Shown here: positions 58,221-64,000 of the stretch, piece by piece | Position numbering within the stretch: position 1 is the first letter of the stretch | Layout of the letters: the number at the start of each line of letters is the position of its first letter | Assembly: GCA_964536515.1 (NCBI GenBank) | Contig: CAZHXI010000004.1 | Coordinates: 5,038 to 69,037 of the forward strand | Length of the DNA stretch: 64,000 bases | From: an uncultured Gammaproteobacteria bacterium | GTDB taxonomy: Bacteria; Patescibacteriota; Patescibacteriia; CAYZDG01 | Direction of reading: 5' to 3' | The notes under the pieces: generated by a model | The model's database searches: none | What the model was told of the DNA's origin: nothing | What the model saw: the letters and a program-made list of their open reading frames with translations, nothing else | Translations under genes and position numbers: made by a program

Positions 58221-58670
58221 TTGAACAACCGTAGAACAGGAGGCGCCGCAGTGGCGTCAGTACGAATACTAATGGTCAACCTCGGCAGAGATGCCGACTT
58301 CTACCGGCAGCAGATTGTGGGCTGCGACCCGATGGCGGCAGCGTACTGCTTCGACGATCGCCTAGTCCGCTACGGCCCAGAGCGACAGCGGGTTGTGGTC
58401 AATCGTCTGCTGCTCAAGTGCTTCGATCTGGCGCTCATCGCCAGCTGGTGGGGCGACGGCCGTGGCTGGATTGAGGGCGTGCCGCCCACCCTACGCAGCA
58501 GGGCTGCCATCCTCAGCTTCAATGGCGTCGTTGACCTACGATCTTCGCTTGGCCCGCTCGGGTTCCGGCACTTCGTGAGCAAGGTAAACTTCGCTTCCGA
58601 AATGGGTGAGGTGCTGCGCCTCTGCCGGGGCGTTCCAGGCGAGCAGCATTCTCAGGCTTCCGCTAGCTGA
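58221..58670 (+). CDS. Hypothetical protein
   Basis: A 149-aa ORF between tRNA-Leu and a strong terminator. No motif recognised. Confidence 0.4.
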   Translation: MNNRRTGGAAVASVRILMVNLGRDADFYRQQIVGCDPMAAAYCFDDRLVRYGPERQRVVVNRLLLKCFDLALIASWWGDGRGWIEGVPPTLRSRAAILSFNGVVDLRSSLGPLGFRHFVSKVNFASEMGEVLRLCRGVPGEQHSQASAS

Positions 58671-58691
58671 TCACGTCGCTACGCATCAACC

Positions 58692-58722
58692 GAGCAGCCG
58701 CAAAACGGCTGCTCTCTTTTTT
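58692..58722 (+). terminator. Rho-independent terminator (GAGCAGCCG-CAAAA-CGGCTGCTC plus TCTTTTTTGG)
   Basis: Canonical stem-loop plus U-tract. A TATAAT hexamer follows at 58739-58744. Confidence 0.85.
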
Positions 58723-58928
58723 GGTCCACCATCACGCTGTATAATTACAACGTAGTTTAGTTCATTTCGAGCAGACAGCGCCGTCGCACCGCAAGATTTC
58801 TTTCAAGAATTCGAGCGGCCAACGAGGAGCGCCGTCGCTCGTCCATCTGGATAAGTCGATCACCACCCATACGGTCAGCTGGGCTGGATTCACTGTGCCC
58901 ATTCGTTAACCAGCTAACCAATAACCGT

Positions 58929-59324
58929 ATGGATCTGAATAAGATCACGCTGATAGGCAACCTCACCAATGACCCGGAGGAGCGTAAGCTGCCCTCGGGC
59001 AACCTGTGCGCCACGTTCGGCGTCGCCACGAACTTGAAGTGGCACGACGCCAAGACCAAGGAGCTGCGCGAGGCGGCGGAGTTCCACCGCGTCGTGGCGT
59101 GGGGCTCGCTCGCCGAACGCGCGGCGCAGTTCCTCGAGAAGGGATCGCGCGTGTACGTAGAGGGCCGCCTGCGCCAGAGGACGTTCACCGACAAGCAGGG
59201 GCAGAAGCGGTCGAGCCAGGAGATTTCGGCATCCGAGATCATCTTCCTCAGCGGCTACCGTCGCGATTCATCTAGCCTGGCAGACGCCGAGGTTCACGAG
59301 GAGGTTCCCGAGGACGGCGAGTAG
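58929..59324 (+). CDS. ssb: Single-stranded DNA-binding protein
   Basis: OB-fold SSB (ITLIGNLTNDPE...HRVVAWG) and an acidic C-terminal tail. Confidence 0.9.
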   Translation: MDLNKITLIGNLTNDPEERKLPSGNLCATFGVATNLKWHDAKTKELREAAEFHRVVAWGSLAERAAQFLEKGSRVYVEGRLRQRTFTDKQGQKRSSQEISASEIIFLSGYRRDSSSLADAEVHEEVPEDGE

Positions 59325-59458
59325 ACGCCGGAAGGGCCCCGCGGGGCCCGGCCCCGGTGGCGAGGGAGCGTACCGAGCTGACCCCTAGGAACGTAGCCTC
59401 ACCGCCGGAACCGGGCCCCGCCTGAGGCGGGCAACACCCGAGAGAGGAGAGTAGCTCT

Positions 59459-60040
59459 TTGGAATCTTCAAGAAGCAGGAGGAGAAAGCTGTGGCCCTGG
59501 ATCGTTGGCGTAGCGATCCTAGCGGCAGCCGTAGGCTGCTACGAGAGCCTGTCAGACCCACCCGACCCGGTCCGGAGCGGAGGTGGCTCCAGCTTGGACA
59601 CGTGGTGGAGCAGCCGCACGCAGGCTCAGCGGAACCAGGCAATCGTGGACCGTGGCCTGCAGCAGCTGGGGCAGGTAACGGGCCAGCAGTGCAAGGAGTG
59701 GGTCCGGACGGTGGTGCAGAGCGCATCGCAGGGCGACGTGCTGCTGCCGCCGAACAACGCCAACGGCTGGCAGTGGCACACCCACCCCAAGGTTCGGTTG
59801 GTGGCGCAGAACGTCTGCCCCGCCAGCCTGCAGCCGGGGCACATCGTGCAGCTGCGCCAGACCAGCGGCCTGCCGCACACGGCGATCGTGCGGACGGTTG
59901 GGTACGGCGGCATGACGTGGGTAGATGCGAACTGGGTTAACTACAACAACCCGGCGGGAACCGTGGCTTCGCACGCCATAAGCTGGGCCACGTTCTACGC
60001 TATTGCCGCTCAGTACTCCTTCTACGAAATTACCGGCTGA
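59459..60040 (+). CDS. CHAP/NlpC-P60-like papain-fold amidase/peptidase lipoprotein
   Basis: Lipobox AAVGC. Catalytic Cys context GQQCKEWV and His context PHTAIV. TTG start with SD GAGGAG. Confidence 0.55.
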   Translation: MESSRSRRRKLWPWIVGVAILAAAVGCYESLSDPPDPVRSGGGSSLDTWWSSRTQAQRNQAIVDRGLQQLGQVTGQQCKEWVRTVVQSASQGDVLLPPNNANGWQWHTHPKVRLVAQNVCPASLQPGHIVQLRQTSGLPHTAIVRTVGYGGMTWVDANWVNYNNPAGTVASHAISWATFYAIAAQYSFYEITG

Positions 60041-60103
60041 TACAGCCGGCGCGGGCCCACCTACGCCGAAGGCTTCGGTGGGCCCGACTAATTACATACC
60101 AAC

Positions 60104-62512
60104 ATGAAATTTAAATTTGTCGTCCCAACCATTGCTCTGCTGCTGGCGCTGCTGCCCAGCGCCGCCCGTGCCAGCGGAGAGCTGATCGTTACCGAGCTAA
60201 TGTACGATGCTCCGGGGTCCGACGTGGGCGCCGAGTGGGTTGAGCTCTACAACGCCAGCGCCGGCCCAATCACCATTGTTCCGGGCACCGGCGCCGGGTC
60301 CTGGCGCATCAACGACGGCAGCAACCACGTCATCCGCATTGCCCAGGGTGACCCCGTGGTTCCGCCGGGGAGCCTGTTCATTATCGCGGCGAGCAGCAGC
60401 GCCTTCCTGGCGGCTCACCCCAACTACGTCGGAACGCTGGCTACATCATCGCTCGCCCTACCCAACGGCGGCGGCACCGTGGGCATTACCGCTGACGGCG
60501 GAGCTACCTGGCTCGCCCAGGTTACGTACGCCAGCAGCTGGGGCGGAGCCGGCGACGGCAGCAGCCTGGAGAAGGCGACACCGGAGGGGCCGGATGACGC
60601 CGCCAACTGGCGCAGCTCGCCCCAGCCCGGCGGCACGCCCGGGCAGCTGCCGTCGCCGGAGGCGCCGAACGGTCCCCCGGTGGCTGCCTTCACCTCTGGC
60701 CTGTTCACCCAGGTGGGCGTACCCGTTCAGTTCGACGCTACAGCTTCGTCTGACCCCGACGGAGACCAGCTGACGTACAGCTGGGACTTCAGGGACGGCG
60801 CGGTGGCTTCCGGAGCCATAGCCGTGCACGCCTTTGCCCTCGCCGGGCGCTACGACGTTCTGCTCACCGTATCTGACGGGCACCTGCAGGCAACCGCGAC
60901 AGCATCTGTTGTGGTCTTCAACGAGGTGTCGGATGATCCGCAGGATCCGGTCCTCGGCACGCCGCCGGTGCCGTTGATAGACGGGCCTACGGCGGGCGTC
61001 GCCGGTGAGCTGCTGACGTACAGCGGCAGCCGTTCGTACGATGAGGATACGCCGATAGTTACATACGTATGGGATTTCGGTGATGGCGGTACCGCAACGG
61101 GCGTTACTGCGACGCACGCCTTCACCGCGTCGGGCGAGTACACGGTTACCCTCGTCGTCAGCGACGGATCAGCCACGTCATCGGCTAGTACGACCGTAGG
61201 AATAGCTGCGGGCGAGGAGGATTCGTCGCCTCCCGCCGTGGGCGGCAATCCTGGATCGGGCGCTAGCGCCGAGGGGCAGGTGGTAATCACCGAGCTGCTG
61301 CCGAATCCAGTGGGGGACGACCTGCAGGGCGAGTACATCGAGGTGCAGAACGTGGGCGCCGACCCGGTACGCCTTGGTCCGTGGACCCTGGTAGATGGCC
61401 GGGGGAGGCGCTACGCCTTCAGCGGCAATGGGTCTACCGACGTCGCCCTAGAGCCCGGCAGCTTCCTGGTCGTGCCACGCGTAGTTTCTGGAATCACCCT
61501 GGCGAACGCCAGCGGCTCGGTGCAGCTGCTGCGGTGGGACGGCGCCCCGGCTGGGGTGCCGGTAGCCTACGGCAGCTCACGCGAGGGCAAGGCGTGGTCG
61601 CTGATGCCGGACGCTACCTGGGCTTGGGCCACGCCCACGCCCGGATCCCCGAACGCTGCCCCGGCTGTCGCTACAGAGAAGGCGGCAACGGTTCGTGAGG
61701 TGCGTGATGCGGCTCCGAAGGTGAAGGGTGCCGCTACGGCAACGCTAGAGTTCATCCCGCCGCCGGTGGCCACCGAAGACATTACCGATGGCGATGGGCT
61801 CGTCGAGATGGTCGGCGTGGTTACCATGCCTCCCGGCGTCGCCGGCAAGCGGCTGCTGTACCTCGCAGACTACGATGTTCACGCTGGGGCTGCCGACGCC
61901 TCGGCCGGCATCGGCGTCTACTTCACCGCCGAGGCGCCGCCGAAGCTCGCGCTGGGCGACATTGTAACCGTGCGGGGGAAGGTGGGCGTAACCGCTGGCG
62001 AGCAGCAGCTGAAGGTGGGGCGAGACGGCAGCGTGGCGATCATAGGCAGGGCAGCCGGCGTACAGCCGGAGCCCGTAGAGGTCGGTGCGCTGAACGTAGA
62101 GGCCGTGGGGAGCGTCGTGGCCATTCAGGGTTCGGTGGCAAAGGCGAGCGGCAAGATGGTTACCCTGGACGACGGCACCGGGCAGGTGGTGGTGTGGTTC
62201 CCATCCAGCGGCGCCGTGGCCAAGCCGCCGCTCAAGCAGGGGCAGCAGCTCGCCGTGGCTGGGGTTGTTCGTCTAGCCTCAGACGGCAGCGTGCGCGTAA
62301 TGCCCCGCGACGCAGCCGAAGTCGCAGTTCAGACGGCTGGCGGTGATGCGCCTCCCGATGGAAGCGTGCCCGCTAGCTCATCTCGCACTGCCCCCAGCGG
62401 CAGCGTATTCAGGATCCTCGGTAGCGGAGGCTCACCGCTGGTGCCGATTGGTCTAGCAGCTACCGGCGTCGGCCTCGCCGGCGCCATCTGGTGGGTCCGG
62501 CGAGGATCCTAA
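60104..62512 (+). CDS. Secreted protein with two lamin-tail domains (LTD), two PKD domains and a C-terminal TM anchor
   Basis: LTD signatures ELIVTELMYDAPGSDVGAEWVELYN and VVITELLPNPVGDDLQGEYIEVQN. PKD signature TYSWDFRDG / TYVWDFGDG. C-terminal hydrophobic helix plus RRGS. Confidence 0.7.
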   Translation: MKFKFVVPTIALLLALLPSAARASGELIVTELMYDAPGSDVGAEWVELYNASAGPITIVPGTGAGSWRINDGSNHVIRIAQGDPVVPPGSLFIIAASSSAFLAAHPNYVGTLATSSLALPNGGGTVGITADGGATWLAQVTYASSWGGAGDGSSLEKATPEGPDDAANWRSSPQPGGTPGQLPSPEAPNGPPVAAFTSGLFTQVGVPVQFDATASSDPDGDQLTYSWDFRDGAVASGAIAVHAFALAGRYDVLLTVSDGHLQATATASVVVFNEVSDDPQDPVLGTPPVPLIDGPTAGVAGELLTYSGSRSYDEDTPIVTYVWDFGDGGTATGVTATHAFTASGEYTVTLVVSDGSATSSASTTVGIAAGEEDSSPPAVGGNPGSGASAEGQVVITELLPNPVGDDLQGEYIEVQNVGADPVRLGPWTLVDGRGRRYAFSGNGSTDVALEPGSFLVVPRVVSGITLANASGSVQLLRWDGAPAGVPVAYGSSREGKAWSLMPDATWAWATPTPGSPNAAPAVATEKAATVREVRDAAPKVKGAATATLEFIPPPVATEDITDGDGLVEMVGVVTMPPGVAGKRLLYLADYDVHAGAADASAGIGVYFTAEAPPKLALGDIVTVRGKVGVTAGEQQLKVGRDGSVAIIGRAAGVQPEPVEVGALNVEAVGSVVAIQGSVAKASGKMVTLDDGTGQVVVWFPSSGAVAKPPLKQGQQLAVAGVVRLASDGSVRVMPRDAAEVAVQTAGGDAPPDGSVPASSSRTAPSGSVFRILGSGGSPLVPIGLAATGVGLAGAIWWVRRGS

Positions 62513-62514
62513 GT

Positions 62515-62634
62515 ATCGCGACGCTTCGGATTCATTCCGAGCGTCGCGATTCAATGGAGGGGAGAGGCAGTCCGCTGCGGCGGACGTCGGAGAGGGGAAC
62601 CCGAATTGCGCGAAGCGCGAGGGTTCCCCTCTCC
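62515..62634 (+). other. Three consecutive GC hairpins downstream of the LTD gene, including a 14-bp stem GGAGAGGGGAACCC/GGGTTCCCCTCTCC
   Basis: Inverted repeats read directly from the sequence. Confidence 0.55.
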
Positions 62635-62877
62635 GAATATAAATAAACCACCCCCCGGAACTCACCGAGGTGGGTAACGGAGGGTAGTTAGGAGAGTAAT
62701 ACTCTACCGCTGGATCTCACCGTCGGCGAGATAAAATCAGCAGCGGAGTATCGCTCCCTATTTTAGTACCATGAATTCGGCCGTCAAGGCCACCAGCTGT
62801 GATACCCGGTTACCAATTGAGGTGATTAAGAGATTTTGAGATTCACCTGATACTCGCTACCAAATTAGGACCAGACA

Positions 62878-62906
62878 TTGACAAAATTGTAGTAAGGGTC
62901 TATATA
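62878..62906 (+). promoter_or_regulatory. Near-consensus sigma70 promoter TTGACA-17-TATATA in an AT-rich islet
   Basis: Read directly; 65 nt upstream of the GTG start of the HhH small protein. Confidence 0.55.
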
Positions 62907-62971
62907 GCAAAATTGCTGACTAGTGGTTCGCTGCACGTTCGAAATTCAAAATTATAGAAAGGGAAGTCAAG

Positions 62972-63388
62972 GTGCTTACAGGGAAAAGGAAGAAGAAAAA
63001 GAGGGTGACCAAAACCTCTCTCGCAAGAGACAACAAGGCTCTACTGATAAGGTGTAGAGATTTAGAGGAAGAGCGTAGGCGCTTGGAGTGGGAACTAGGC
63101 CTATCAAGGAAGGTACTAAGGAACGTGGCCCCGCTCGTCGTACCCCTCGCGCTCCTTGATAAACCAGTTGCTGAGTTTTTTGACTCCTACTTCATTAATC
63201 GAAGACTTGACGAGGCCAAGATTAGAACTGTTGGGCAACTAGTTCGGCTACCGGAGCGTGAACTACTACGCAAGCGGGATCTTGGATGGAGAACTTTGCG
63301 TGCAATTTATGATGGCTTAGCGGATTGGGGGCTGTCGTTCGGTATGGATGACGAAGCTATCAGCAACTGGAAGCAAACCCTGCAGTAG
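62972..63388 (+). CDS. Small basic protein with a C-terminal RpoA alpha-CTD-like helix-hairpin-helix domain
   Basis: Lys-rich N-terminus. KIRTVGQLVRLPERELLRKRDLGWRTLRAIYDGLADWGLSFG resembles the RNAP alpha-CTD HhH. GTG start with SD AAGGGAAG. Confidence 0.5.
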   Translation: MLTGKRKKKKRVTKTSLARDNKALLIRCRDLEEERRRLEWELGLSRKVLRNVAPLVVPLALLDKPVAEFFDSYFINRRLDEAKIRTVGQLVRLPERELLRKRDLGWRTLRAIYDGLADWGLSFGMDDEAISNWKQTLQ

Positions 63389-63408
63389 CACCTTTTCGTA
63401 CCCCCTCA

Positions 63409-63440
63409 AGGCCTAACGGAAATCCGTTGGGCCTTTTGAT
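63409..63440 (+). terminator. Intrinsic terminator (AGGCCTAACGG-AAAT-CCGTTGGGCCT plus TTTGATT)
   Basis: 11-bp stem with one G-U pair, followed by a U-run. Confidence 0.65.
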
Positions 63441-63582
63441 TCTGGTATCGCTATGCGTAGCTCGTGGCCAGACTTAAAGTGGAGTGAAGAATGGTGCCGT
63501 GGGAGAGACTCGCCCGCCTCAGCCGGGGTTGACCGGGCGTCGGCCGCAGCATAGGGTACCCCGGTACAATGGAGGAAAGTCA

Positions 63583-64000
63583 ATGGAAAGACGCATCGAA
63601 AAAACGCTCCTTGATGCTACGCTCTGCTTTCTGGTTGACGCCGGAAAGGTGCTGCTGGCAGTGAAGGGTAGCAAAATCGGCGCCGGGTGCTGGAATGGGT
63701 ACGGCGGCGGCGTCGAGCTGGGCGAGACGCCCGAGCAGGCGGCGGTACGGGAGCTAGCAGAAGAGTCTGGCGGCGTCGTGGTAGCCCCCGAAGACCTCGA
63801 CAAGGTCGCGGTTCTGGATATGGAGAACCGTAGGTCTGACGGAGGAGTATTCAGGTGCCGCGTGCACGTCTACCTCGTCCACCGTTGGTCCGGTGCTGCG
63901 GCGGAGACGGAGGAAATGAAGACGCCGAGGTGGTTTGGATTCGACCAGATCCAGGGGCTGCGGCTTATGCCAGCGGATAGGGTATGGCTGCCGCTGGTTC
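63583..64000 (+). CDS. NUDIX hydrolase (MutT-like), 3' end beyond the window
   Basis: Nudix box GGGVELGETPEQAAVRELAEESG. SD GGAGGA 7 nt upstream of the ATG. Confidence 0.8.
   Translation, partial: MERRIEKTLLDATLCFLVDAGKVLLAVKGSKIGAGCWNGYGGGVELGETPEQAAVRELAEESGGVVVAPEDLDKVAVLDMENRRSDGGVFRCRVHVYLVHRWSGAAAETEEMKTPRWFGFDQIQGLRLMPADRVWLPLV

Overview
This is a 64 kb segment of a high-GC (about 65%) bacterial chromosome. Genes are tightly packed, with many 1-4 nt stop/start overlaps, and there are no transposase, integrase or CRISPR signatures. The window spans the chromosomal origin region: dnaN and dnaA on the minus strand, divergent from rpmH-rnpA-yidD-yidC, with AT-rich intergenic regions.

Other contents:
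- Housekeeping genes: ftsK (5' partial), a rodZ-like gene, recA, galU, yebC, ruvC, tyrS, PBP1A, thyX, trx, gdh, nusA, an H+-pyrophosphatase, tig, nfo, yrdC-like, ssb, and a NUDIX gene (3' partial).
- An envelope-glycan cluster: Wzx-like flippase, O-antigen-ligase-like, two GT-C-like membrane proteins, a PAP2-like protein and a bifunctional PGI/PMI.
- A sugar-phosphate cluster: rpiB, an rpe-like gene, transketolase split into N and C halves, a PfkB kinase and a class II aldolase.
- Seven tRNAs, all with encoded CCA: Ser-CGA, Arg-CCT, Ala-CGC, Ala-GGC, Gly-GCC and Leu-TAA.
- Large secreted or surface proteins: a 1468-aa protein with FN3 repeats and a heparinase II/III-like domain; a beta-propeller protein with a T9SS-type C-terminal sorting domain; an M6-like HExxH metalloprotease whose reading frame is interrupted by a single in-frame TGA; and an LTD/PKD protein.
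- A tandem triplet of TrbC/VirB2-like pilin genes, translationally coupled to an orphan solute-binding lipoprotein.
- Several low-GC islets carrying small ORFs, one of which encodes a Cas2/VapD-like protein.
- A family of palindromes, GTAGAGACG...CGTCTCTAC, that overlap TAG stop codons.
- Numerous intrinsic-terminator hairpins.

Gene content (short YidC, split tkt, PGI/PMI, ThyX, LTD proteins, VirB2-like pilins) suggests a CPR- or Terrabacteria-like lineage, but I cannot assign a taxon from sequence alone.
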